The notes below the pieces were generated by a model. It was not told where the DNA came from, made no database searches, and saw nothing but the letters and a program-made list of their open reading frames with translations. From a virus (lineage: Duplodnaviria > Caudoviricetes): DNA of 53,133 bases. The position numbers were made by a program, and so were the translations under genes. The stretch lies in IMG/VR virus record IMGVR_UViG_3300032116_000282, positions 1-53,133 of that record, one strand, 5' to 3'. Position 1 is the stretch's first letter; each line of letters starts with the position of its first letter. Positions 6,923 to 15,573 of the stretch are shown piece after piece.

Positions 6923-7708
6923 TTAGCATTCAGTAAAGACGGCCATCCACCTACCAACATACTCACATGCAAATGCTCGTTTCAAAGCATCAATTGGAGT
7001 TGTTCTACTTGGATTCCAAATCATGATATCTAAAGTATCATCAGCCCAAAATGGTGTAGATGTTTGGGGTTTAACAACTGTACACAAAGCACTACCACCA
7101 GCAGCAATTCCACCAGTCTTTGTAACCACATAAAGCCCGGCTCGGTATCTCCTGGCGATGTGGACCATACAGTGGGATTTAGTGTTATTGATGTTACCGA
7201 TGATCTCAGCTCGACCCATGAGATCGTATGTGAATACACCATTTACTATATCTATTCCACGATAACTGGGGAGAGACGAGGATGGTACTGTTCCTTCGAG
7301 GGACAACCAGGACATGCCAGTCATCAATACCTTACCTGCTCGTTCTTGGGTAATAGCTTCTTGTGCAATCCCCCAGGAAGGAAGCCAGCCGTGATCTGTT
7401 TGATTGTAATCAGCTAGCATGTCCACTTCAAAACAGAACTCGTTTGGTACTCTTGTTGCGTTATCTATGGCATTGGTATTGAGTTCAAAGATCGGAGTTC
7501 GAATCAGAACTGGTTGATATGGTTCAATCCTATCTGTGCTAGATGCAGCAGACGAGAGTTGACCTATGATCTCCAGTCTGGGTTCCTGTCGGTCCAGTGC
7601 AAAATCCGTTATCCTGGGGGAGGATTCAGACTTGAAGAGTTGGTTTAGAGTGCGACTCTTAATCGCTTCTCTGACTGGTGTTCCTGGACGAACAGGTTTA
7701 AATGTCAT
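6923..7708 (-). CDS. Putative tail-tip protein
   Basis: Position after tape measure and hub-like gene; beta-rich sequence. Confidence 0.55.
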   Translation of the reverse strand: MTFKPVRPGTPVREAIKSRTLNQLFKSESSPRITDFALDRQEPRLEIIGQLSSAASSTDRIEPYQPVLIRTPIFELNTNAIDNATRVPNEFCFEVDMLADYNQTDHGWLPSWGIAQEAITQERAGKVLMTGMSWLSLEGTVPSSSLPSYRGIDIVNGVFTYDLMGRAEIIGNINNTKSHCMVHIARRYRAGLYVVTKTGGIAAGGSALCTVVKPQTSTPFWADDTLDIMIWNPSRTTPIDALKRAFACEYVGRWMAVFTEC

Positions 7709-8835
7709 AATAGAAACTGATTGAAGTCTTGAGTATCGTAATATCCATACACCGTTCGGTGGCTGGGGATTCTAAGAATACCTCCAGCAGTGTTTGCTAG
7801 GATTTTCTTTTGGTAGATGTACGAGACAATTGACCATCCAGAATAGATGCCGGTTCCCATCAGTGGATTAGCATAAGCTGATGGTGGGAAGGATGAATCA
7901 CCGATAATATCGTACTGTTGAGTGTAGTCAATTACTGGTGGGTTAGAACTAACAAAGTCATCGGATGGATCGGTGGGTATACTGTTTGGTTGTTGGTAGA
8001 AAGCGAAGTTTGTTTTGACTTCGAATTCAAGAGTGAGTGGTACTATTTCATACAGATCACTTTCACCACTGTATCCCATAAACATCACACTCTCAGGAGC
8101 AAACCCGAAGAATGGAAATCTGTTGAGGCAGGTGATCAAACGAGACAACCTACGAACGTAAGCGTAGGTGAATCTATTCGGTGGAAGATATTGTGTGATC
8201 TGAAATTTGAATTCACGAGCATATACTTCTGCTCCAGCGATTTCTTCTTCAGATACACCAATAGGATACCACAATCCAGCAGTAAATGGGATAGCTTCTC
8301 CAGCCGGAAGTGCAAGGGCTTTTTGACATTCCAGAACTTTTGCTTTCTGAATGGTCATCTTGCTTGCACTACCATTGAATGAGACTTGGGTATATCTCTG
8401 GCTGTTCTGTTCACCAGCAGATGGACCTGTTTCTCCACCACCAGTTCCAATGCTAAGATTGCTACCGTTGTCATCTGGGATGGAGTATGTGATAGACACT
8501 CTCCATCGAGCAAAGTTCATTTGTTTGGCTTCCATGCTGTCAGCATATAGCATGACAGCATTATTGTCGTCCAACCAAAAGAGGTATGTCGTTGGGAATT
8601 GACCCCAGAATACACCCATCAATTCTTTTTGAACACTCGTGTCGTCGAAGATGAGTTCGGTGTTAGTTCCTGGGAGGTAGCTGGTAGTTGCATTAGCTAA
8701 GAATGTCTCTGACTGAATAACGAATACGAAAGTCTTTGAGATACTCTTTTTGCTTACAGAGAAATTTCTGGATTCACCTTCAATTTCAATGTAGTCAACT
8801 GAATCAGGACCACCATAGTCATTTACATCAGCCAT
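7705..8835 (-). CDS. Putative distal tail / hub protein
   Basis: 376-aa ORF just downstream of the tape measure gene; synteny. Confidence 0.55.
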   Translation of the reverse strand: MADVNDYGGPDSVDYIEIEGESRNFSVSKKSISKTFVFVIQSETFLANATTSYLPGTNTELIFDDTSVQKELMGVFWGQFPTTYLFWLDDNNAVMLYADSMEAKQMNFARWRVSITYSIPDDNGSNLSIGTGGGETGPSAGEQNSQRYTQVSFNGSASKMTIQKAKVLECQKALALPAGEAIPFTAGLWYPIGVSEEEIAGAEVYAREFKFQITQYLPPNRFTYAYVRRLSRLITCLNRFPFFGFAPESVMFMGYSGESDLYEIVPLTLEFEVKTNFAFYQQPNSIPTDPSDDFVSSNPPVIDYTQQYDIIGDSSFPPSAYANPLMGTGIYSGWSIVSYIYQKKILANTAGGILRIPSHRTVYGYYDTQDFNQFLL

Positions 8836-9118
8836 TATTAAATTCCCTTGCCGCTTCGTTTAGAACAACATTGAGTTCATTACGGTCGTAGAACTGGTAA
8901 ACTTTCTTGAGATACTCGATCGCTTCTAGTCGATTGATTTTAACTAGTTGCGGTTTTCCGTTCATCTCAATAACAGTAAGGGGACGGAGTTTGCTTGGAA
9001 CAAAGAATGCTCTATAGGTTTCATAGAACAGCGGCACGATCTCATTTTTCTGGGAGGAGAGAGACCTTAGTAGCTGGTGTGCTAGTGCTGATTCTTGTTG
9101 TCCTTGGATTATGGTCAT
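8828..9118 (-). CDS. Hypothetical protein
   Basis: 96-aa ORF overlapping both neighbours in operon fashion. Confidence 0.6.
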   Translation of the reverse strand: MTIIQGQQESALAHQLLRSLSSQKNEIVPLFYETYRAFFVPSKLRPLTVIEMNGKPQLVKINRLEAIEYLKKVYQFYDRNELNVVLNEAAREFNNG

Positions 9119-11847
9119 CCTATGCCTCCACCTGTTACTACAGCTCGTTTGATGCCACGGAGTTCTTCAAGTTGCTCCTTCTCGATTTCTTTACCGTCTT
9201 TGAATGACTTGAGGTAAGCTCGTGTGTCACTCACACCACCAGTAACTGCTTTGACAGATTCAATAATTGCTTCACCAACAGCTTGAGCTTCAGCACCACC
9301 CCAGAGTTTCCTGGTGGGATCTTGTCCTGCTGCTTCTTGTTGCATCTCTGCAATCATAGCTTGACGTTCTATCATTTGTTGTTCAAGTTGTTGAGTGAGG
9401 AAAGCTATTTGTTTGCCCATCAATTCTTGCCAACTACCGGAACCAGCGTTAGCAGCATTAACTGTTCCTGCACGGGCAGCAGCCATAGCTCCAGTGTCTT
9501 GGTTCATGATTGCTTCGATTTCTTTAGCTCGCCTCTTACGTTCGATTTCAATTCGAGCTTTTGCCATTGAAGCATTTACTTCATAAATACTCTGATTATT
9601 CCTTGCATTTTGTTGTATTCTAGCTCCTGCTCCACCGAGTCCAGGTAGTTCTGATACTACCTCTCCAATGGCGTTTTGAAACTTTGCTAGGAATTCCATC
9701 AAAATGGAGTTAAGTTCAATGATTGCTTTGAATAGACCGGAGATAAAGAAGTCAATTCCCTGGATAATAGAAGTAACGATACCAGATATACTTCCTCCAG
9801 AGAATGATCCCATGATGTCCCCAAATGCATCCATTACTGGACTGGCTAGCACACTGGCTGCATTGGTGAGTCCATGATAGAGTGATCGAACGATGACTTC
9901 AACACTCTTGTAGATTTGTTGGAAGAATACGACAACGTATTCTACGTTGTACATGAAGACATTCCATGCAGCAATCAGTTGGTTTCGTATGATTGCGATA
10001 ACTCCCTGGAAGGCTGCACCGATAGCATCGAATCCTGTTTGGGAGAATCCTTCTTTAAATGCTGTGAAACCTATTCTCAATAGTTCAAATGCAGGAGAGG
10101 CGTATGTTGCAATTCGGCTGATTTGAGAGATAGCTCCTGCAATTCCACGACCAAGTGCAGCAAAAGCATTAGCGATGACCGGGATCTTGTCTCCAAAGAT
10201 AAGGAGAAAGTTTAGAGCCATCCCAACTGCATTCCAGGAGAATACAAATCTTGCTAGAGTAGTAGAGAATTTAAGAAATCCCATACTCAAGCTCATCAAT
10301 CCAAATCTGGTCGCCTTCATTTTCTGGAGGAGGAGACCTTCATGGATTAGATTAGCCATTCCTTTTGATTTGCCTATGTTTGCAAGATTGGCTCCCTTAG
10401 CAGACATTCTTAGATCCATAGCCTTTTGCATACGAGCAACTTTAGCTGCTTGCATTGCATAAGCTGAGGGTTTATTGAAAGCTACTGCTGCTCCTCCAAT
10501 AGATCCGAGCATAAACTTTCCAACACTAGCTATTCCTTTAAAGCCAGTTTGTAGTCCACCCACTACAACTGAGAGTCGAGCAAGGACGAAGGAAAGTGTT
10601 AGTGATGCTGCACCGATAGCAATGAGAACTGGTGGAATTGCAAACAGTGTTAGGAACAACGCTTTATTTTCCATAACAAACTGGCGACTATATCGTGTTA
10701 CTCCAGCAATGGCGTTTGCTAGAGCACTGATTTCTGGAGTAACTGCTTCACCGATTTCTAAACCAAGAACATGCAATGCACCAAACAATCGACGAGTAGC
10801 ACCACCAAATTTGGATTCCATTTCAATAGCAGCAAGCCGAGATTCTGCTCCTGCTCGTCTGATGCTTTTAGTAAATGCTTCTACTCGGTCAACTTCCATT
10901 GCAGCAGTAAAAGCACGAGCACCACGAATATTGAATACATCTTGAAAGAATTTAACTTTATCGAGTTGATTCATCGAAGAAGTTAATTTGACAATGCTGG
11001 CTGAAGTTGCAGCTAAATCTACGCCCCCACCCTCTTTCATGATGATGTTAAATGATGGGAATTTGGATTTAATTACATCCAAATTGTTAATCATGTTCAA
11101 CATCATAGTGTTCAATGACGTACCAGCAAGAGATCCCTTAAGACCTGCTTCAGACATCTGAACGAAGTAACCCATAAGTTCTTGAACAGAAATACCGAGA
11201 ACTTGGGCGGTACCTCCGGCATATTTAAATGATTCTCGGAGATCGGCAATCTCAATGGTACCGAGTCGAGTTGCTTTCAATAGTTGAGAAGTTAATTCGG
11301 TACTTGTTTTCATCCTACGATCTAGGGAATCTGTAGCACCAAATAATTCAAAGTTTCTAACAAGATTTGCTACTAGATCAGCAGATTCAGTTAAAGAGTA
11401 GTTAGTTCCTTTTGCTAAATCGATTACAGATTGGAGTGATCCTTTAATTTCATCTGCTGAAAATCCAGCTTGTGCAAGAGCAACCGCTGCTTCTCCTACT
11501 TTGTCGGCTGTAAATGAAGTTGTTTGTCCGAGTTCTAGAATTGTATTTTTTAGATCAGTAACAGTTGCTACTTGTTCTTTAGTCTTATTTCCGAAGTATC
11601 CTAGTTTAACTGTAAGGTTAAGAATGATATCTTCGAACTTAGCAAAGTTCTTTAGAACAGCACCACCGGCCATTCCAGTAAGCAATCCACCACCGAAAGC
11701 ATTTGTAGCTGCATCTCGGAATGCCCGAGAAGCTGACATCATTTTCGAACTTAATCCGTTCACAACACCAGCAAATTGCTTGGTTGCTTTATCGGTAAGT
11801 TCAACAACGATGACCGCTTTACCTGCTGTAATGCTTTGACGGGACAT
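9115..11847 (-). CDS. Tail tape measure protein (TP901-like core)
   Basis: 910 aa, helical Ala/Gly-rich; ELGQTTSFTA..ALAQAGF, ESFKYAG and AGLKGSLAGT motifs; hydrophobic middle. Confidence 0.92.
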   Translation of the reverse strand: MSRQSITAGKAVIVVELTDKATKQFAGVVNGLSSKMMSASRAFRDAATNAFGGGLLTGMAGGAVLKNFAKFEDIILNLTVKLGYFGNKTKEQVATVTDLKNTILELGQTTSFTADKVGEAAVALAQAGFSADEIKGSLQSVIDLAKGTNYSLTESADLVANLVRNFELFGATDSLDRRMKTSTELTSQLLKATRLGTIEIADLRESFKYAGGTAQVLGISVQELMGYFVQMSEAGLKGSLAGTSLNTMMLNMINNLDVIKSKFPSFNIIMKEGGGVDLAATSASIVKLTSSMNQLDKVKFFQDVFNIRGARAFTAAMEVDRVEAFTKSIRRAGAESRLAAIEMESKFGGATRRLFGALHVLGLEIGEAVTPEISALANAIAGVTRYSRQFVMENKALFLTLFAIPPVLIAIGAASLTLSFVLARLSVVVGGLQTGFKGIASVGKFMLGSIGGAAVAFNKPSAYAMQAAKVARMQKAMDLRMSAKGANLANIGKSKGMANLIHEGLLLQKMKATRFGLMSLSMGFLKFSTTLARFVFSWNAVGMALNFLLIFGDKIPVIANAFAALGRGIAGAISQISRIATYASPAFELLRIGFTAFKEGFSQTGFDAIGAAFQGVIAIIRNQLIAAWNVFMYNVEYVVVFFQQIYKSVEVIVRSLYHGLTNAASVLASPVMDAFGDIMGSFSGGSISGIVTSIIQGIDFFISGLFKAIIELNSILMEFLAKFQNAIGEVVSELPGLGGAGARIQQNARNNQSIYEVNASMAKARIEIERKRRAKEIEAIMNQDTGAMAAARAGTVNAANAGSGSWQELMGKQIAFLTQQLEQQMIERQAMIAEMQQEAAGQDPTRKLWGGAEAQAVGEAIIESVKAVTGGVSDTRAYLKSFKDGKEIEKEQLEELRGIKRAVVTGGGIG

Positions 11848-11903
11848 GGATTAGTTCCTGGGGACAAGTGCTTCACGAGTCATTATCTAATGATAATTCC
11901 CGC

Positions 11904-12182
11904 TCATTGCCTGGGGGAGTGGAAGTTGTGTACTGCTGCTCTTAGTGCGTCTGGGCCTTTATTAAGGGAGGCACGCTTGCTATTTGGAAGCAGATCAGAT
12001 GATTGTGCAGAACAGGCCCAATAGATTTGATCACGTTCTTGAGCTATCTGCTCGATGTACATGATTTCACCTATGGTTCTGTGATCTATTGAGATTCCTC
12101 TGGACTCGAGTCTGAAGGCAATGTGGATGATTCCGGAGAGTCGATCTTCAGTTGCTTCATTTCTCTTTTCATTTGATCCCAC
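11904..12182 (-). CDS. Tail assembly chaperone, gpT-like second frame
   Basis: Overlaps the upstream chaperone in the -1 frame, immediately before the tape measure gene. Confidence 0.6.
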   Translation of the reverse strand: MGSNEKRNEATEDRLSGIIHIAFRLESRGISIDHRTIGEIMYIEQIAQERDQIYWACSAQSSDLLPNSKRASLNKGPDALRAAVHNFHSPRQ

Positions 12183-12529
12183 AGATCCCGAAGTACCCCC
12201 TTCTTCTGGGGGCTGGAAAAATTTATGACGGCGGCCCAGAATACTTCTCGGAATCCTTCGATGGCATCCGGCTCACTGTCAAGAAGTTCTAGGAATTTCT
12301 CAAAGTCGAATGCGACTTGTGGTTCAAGAAAGAACCAGCAAAGATTGAGAGTTACTTCGTCATCTAGTAACAATCGTCCCGCAGTTGTATTGGTTACTTT
12401 TTCGTCAATGAACAACTTGAGGATTTCAAGATCGAATCTACTGGGGAGAGTACTGTATGCTAGCTTCCATGTGATCTCGATGGGATAGGTTTTACCGTTG
12501 AACAGGAACTTTGCGATTGGTTTGGACAT
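12086..12529 (-). CDS. Tail assembly chaperone, gpG-like
   Basis: Lies between tail tube and tape measure genes. Confidence 0.7.
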   Translation of the reverse strand: MSKPIAKFLFNGKTYPIEITWKLAYSTLPSRFDLEILKLFIDEKVTNTTAGRLLLDDEVTLNLCWFFLEPQVAFDFEKFLELLDSEPDAIEGFREVFWAAVINFSSPQKKGVLRDLWDQMKREMKQLKIDSPESSTLPSDSSPEESQ

Positions 12530-12564
12530 AGTGAGGTTGGTCTTTGGTCAAGAGAAAGGGAAAA

Positions 12565-12636
12565 AGGCCGAAGGTGAAGTTAGTACATCCGCACGACACA
12601 CCAACGTTCTTGCATCATCATGATGCCCTCCGACCT
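12565..12636 (-). ncRNA. Putative structured RNA element (three-way junction followed by a U-tract)
   Basis: Stems AGGTCGGAGG/CCTTCGGCCT, GCATCA/TGATGC and GTTGGTGTGTC/GATGTACTAAC; G-U pairs work only on the minus strand. Confidence 0.5.
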
Positions 12637-12727
12637 ATTTTAAAATTTATACAAGTAAGGTTCCCTCCCAGGAAAAAGGAAGGACCCCAACGAACAGCAG
12701 ATCTTCAATGAAAGATTTGACTGTGAG

Positions 12728-13606
12728 TTACGCTACTGGCTTTCGAATCGGATCTCGGGTTACTTCAGCACCGAGAGCATTTGCAATGATTTCGTTCAGA
12801 GCCACAACAAGTGCGTCTCGATTGAAACCACCCAAACCTACTGCTTTGTACCCACCACGCCGTCCGGTCAGCATCTTGTTTTCTGGGAGGACTCGATCTT
12901 GTTCCACCAGATTCATGAGAAGGCTGTCAACCTTTTCTTCTCCCAACCAGGAGATGATTGGACCGACGTCTGTGAAGATTTCTTCTGCTGTGGTATTGGT
13001 GATACCACGGTAGATGTCATGCTTCAAGATTTCGTTAGCCAAGGCTTCCATGTCATACGTGGCAAACGATCCTGGGTTGTACGTGGCAATCGTACTTGCT
13101 GCTCGGGTAATAACAGGAGCAATGTAGCATCCTGATTTCACACAAGCTGCTGGTTTGAGTTTGTAATTTTGTTTCTGCGATCCGGTTTCTGGACCAGAGA
13201 TCGTAGCTTCAAAGTTACGCCACTTGCCTTTGAACCCAACATTGTCCAAGACCGAAATGTATCCGGTAAGGATAAGTAGGTTACGGGCATAGCTACCAGC
13301 ACGCATGGAGTTGAAGTAGATAAAACCCTCATAGAGAGTATCTACCAGTTGTTCTCCGGAGACTTCCAAGTCTCGTTTGCTTTCGGAGTATTGACGATAG
13401 AGCAAAGATGGATCACGAGAAGAAAGTTCTTCTTCGCTTTCCGTTTCGGTGATTGTTACGTCACCGGTGATTCCTTTGTGGAATACCCACACTGGAGAAG
13501 TACACGTTGAACCTCCAGCAATGGCTGGGTTATCAGCGGTGTCATAATAGATGGATACGTCTGTACCCTTCTTATCACACTGAGTAAGATCAGTGAGCAT
13601 TGGCAT
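12728..13606 (-). CDS. Major tail (tube) protein
   Basis: Synteny after neck genes and before chaperones; beta-rich N-terminal ~170 aa with a C-terminal extension. Confidence 0.7.
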   Translation of the reverse strand: MPMLTDLTQCDKKGTDVSIYYDTADNPAIAGGSTCTSPVWVFHKGITGDVTITETESEEELSSRDPSLLYRQYSESKRDLEVSGEQLVDTLYEGFIYFNSMRAGSYARNLLILTGYISVLDNVGFKGKWRNFEATISGPETGSQKQNYKLKPAACVKSGCYIAPVITRAASTIATYNPGSFATYDMEALANEILKHDIYRGITNTTAEEIFTDVGPIISWLGEEKVDSLLMNLVEQDRVLPENKMLTGRRGGYKAVGLGGFNRDALVVALNEIIANALGAEVTRDPIRKPVA

Positions 13607-13632
13607 TGAATGGTTCCTTGTTGGATAGTTGT

Positions 13633-14076
13633 CTACGGATTCATGTTGAATTGGCGAGCCATGCTCACACTAAATTCTTTGGGGATCTTCCCTCTTGCAA
13701 TAAGTTGTTTAAGGGTGTGATTCATAAATGATCGTTCAGGGTACTGATAGTACGCTTTACGACTAAAGTATGTACCACCAAATTCATGAATGTGAGGAAC
13801 AGGTTCGTTAAAGAAGTTACTCCCAGGAAATTTAACAGGACCAATGATTGCACCATTTCTATAAACGGTGTATTCAATGATCCGCAATCCACCCCTCGTT
13901 TTAGCGAAGGGTGGATGTCCTGCTGGAGCTGTTCTTTTACTTACCCTCAGAGTCCGAATACATGCACCACGGATAAGTGCTGCTACTCCTCTAAGACCCT
14001 TTGTTTTTCCTTTATCAACTGTGTAGTTGAATTTTTGGAGATAGAAGATTCCTCGAAATGTTGCACTGAATGTCAT
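13633..14076 (-). CDS. Neck / tail completion protein (HK97 gp10-like)
   Basis: Basic protein with PGxPP-like, HEFGG and YPERSFM motifs. Confidence 0.7.
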   Translation of the reverse strand: MTFSATFRGIFYLQKFNYTVDKGKTKGLRGVAALIRGACIRTLRVSKRTAPAGHPPFAKTRGGLRIIEYTVYRNGAIIGPVKFPGSNFFNEPVPHIHEFGGTYFSRKAYYQYPERSFMNHTLKQLIARGKIPKEFSVSMARQFNMNP

Positions 14077-14558
14077 CAGGTGTAATCCTGGCTAGTACAA
14101 GCCTGTCGGTTGAAAGTGAAATCTGTTACGGACAGAAAGTTCCGTTGATTTAATTCGATCTCTACTGGGGGTTGTGCTTCCACATTCGTAATCAAATATG
14201 GATTCCAGTTACCAGTCAAAGTATTTAAATCGAGTTTTTCACGCAACTCTAGGACTCGTTTAACCTCGTTCCAATCAGTGACATCGTTTCGACTGAATCC
14301 ACTAAATGGTAACAGAAGTGCAATACTGATTTGGAGATCTACTCCAATGCTACTTCTACTCGCCCGTCCCGTCATTTCCTGGGAGAAGGAAGTTACTAGT
14401 GGCATCACGTAGATCTTTGGTTCCTTTGAACTCACGAGTTGTTCGGGATCGAGACATGCCTCAACAGATATGAAGTCAGGGATTCGATAGTATCCCCAGT
14501 AAGCCATACCAAGACCGTTCAAGTATGTCACTATTTGTTCGGTAAGTTCACCTAACAT
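14076..14558 (-). CDS. Putative tail terminator protein
   Basis: Size and position within the neck cluster. Confidence 0.55.
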   Translation of the reverse strand: MLGELTEQIVTYLNGLGMAYWGYYRIPDFISVEACLDPEQLVSSKEPKIYVMPLVTSFSQEMTGRASRSSIGVDLQISIALLLPFSGFSRNDVTDWNEVKRVLELREKLDLNTLTGNWNPYLITNVEAQPPVEIELNQRNFLSVTDFTFNRQACTSQDYT

Positions 14559-14921
14559 CTAACATCCCTTTTCTGTTGTGATAAGAACTAGTCTTATACG
14601 TTCATGATCGTTGTAGAAGAACGACCCTTTAGGATCTATGACTAGTTCGTACAGCGTGTGGGGATACCCAACAACTTCGATTTCAAGTCCTCGTACCAAA
14701 GGAAGTTCAGTGGCTTCGAAGGCAACTCGATCTATCATGAAGTGAAACCGTTGTCCAATCATCTTGACTCTAGCAGAATCAAAGATTGCTCGGCTTTCAG
14801 GAATCGTAGCTTTCAAGGGATACTTGGGGGTATCTGGAAGTCCAATCAAAATATCGACGTCGGTATGTTGATCGGTTACTTTGTACAGATACTGAAGTCC
14901 CCAAGAAAGCATATTGTTCAT
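14559..14921 (-). CDS. Putative head-closure / head-tail joining protein
   Basis: 120-aa beta-rich ORF after the capsid cement gene. Confidence 0.55.
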   Translation of the reverse strand: MNNMLSWGLQYLYKVTDQHTDVDILIGLPDTPKYPLKATIPESRAIFDSARVKMIGQRFHFMIDRVAFEATELPLVRGLEIEVVGYPHTLYELVIDPKGSFFYNDHERIRLVLITTEKGC

Positions 14922-14954
14922 GATAGATCCTAAAAGATGTGATGAAGAATGATC

Positions 14955-15467
14955 CTAGTGGAAAACTGGGATCGTTCCGATGGCTGGACTTGCGATGCTA
15001 CTGCACATCACTCGTACAAATCCGGCACTTGTCGTACCGTTAGCACAAGCAATTGCTTTGGACGAACCGTTCAAAACAAAGTTTCCTGCTGGAGCAACCG
15101 CTGTACCAAGGATGAAACCGTTGGTTGGAGCAGCACGAACTGCACCGCCGACACCGGCAACAACCGAAGTAACGTCGTAAGACCACCATACGGTGTCGTT
15201 TTGCAGGATGTCGGCACCGAGTGTACCACCGATACGTGCTTCGACGATCCAATCCATAACTACCGATCCCATTCTTCCTGGGTGGATGGCGGATTGTGCG
15301 ATACCGACACGGCCACCGATCAAGACAGGTTCACCCTGTAGGATCGTGCTAGTGAGGCTGTTGTAGTAGTTGACGGAAAGTTCACCAGATTGTTTGATGA
15401 CACATGGTGGGTCATATGATTCCAAGAGAACTGGATCAGCGACCCGATTGGGAGTAGAGACTGGCAT
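14955..15467 (-). CDS. Capsid cement / decoration protein (DUF2190-like)
   Basis: GEPVLIGGRVGIA..I..G..G and V.W motifs; directly after the major capsid gene. Confidence 0.75.
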   Translation of the reverse strand: MPVSTPNRVADPVLLESYDPPCVIKQSGELSVNYYNSLTSTILQGEPVLIGGRVGIAQSAIHPGRMGSVVMDWIVEARIGGTLGADILQNDTVWWSYDVTSVVAGVGGAVRAAPTNGFILGTAVAPAGNFVLNGSSKAIACANGTTSAGFVRVMCSSIASPAIGTIPVFH

Positions 15468-15512
15468 TGTTCAAGATTCCTTATGGAAATGTTCAGAATG
15501 AAGTTGATACAA

Positions 15513-15537
15513 ACAGTAGGTAAACTGTACCTACTGT
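15513..15537 (-). terminator. Hairpin after the major capsid gene (stabiliser or weak terminator)
   Basis: ACAGTAGGTA-AACTG-TACCTACTGT perfect 10-bp stem; short U-tract. Confidence 0.5.
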
Positions 15538-15573
15538 ATGGAAAGTAATAGTAAGTTGAACAGAAACTATCAG

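Noticed and set aside
12565-12636. Hammerhead ribozyme
   Set aside because: Three stems are present but the CUGAnGA and GAAA core nucleotides are not at the junctions
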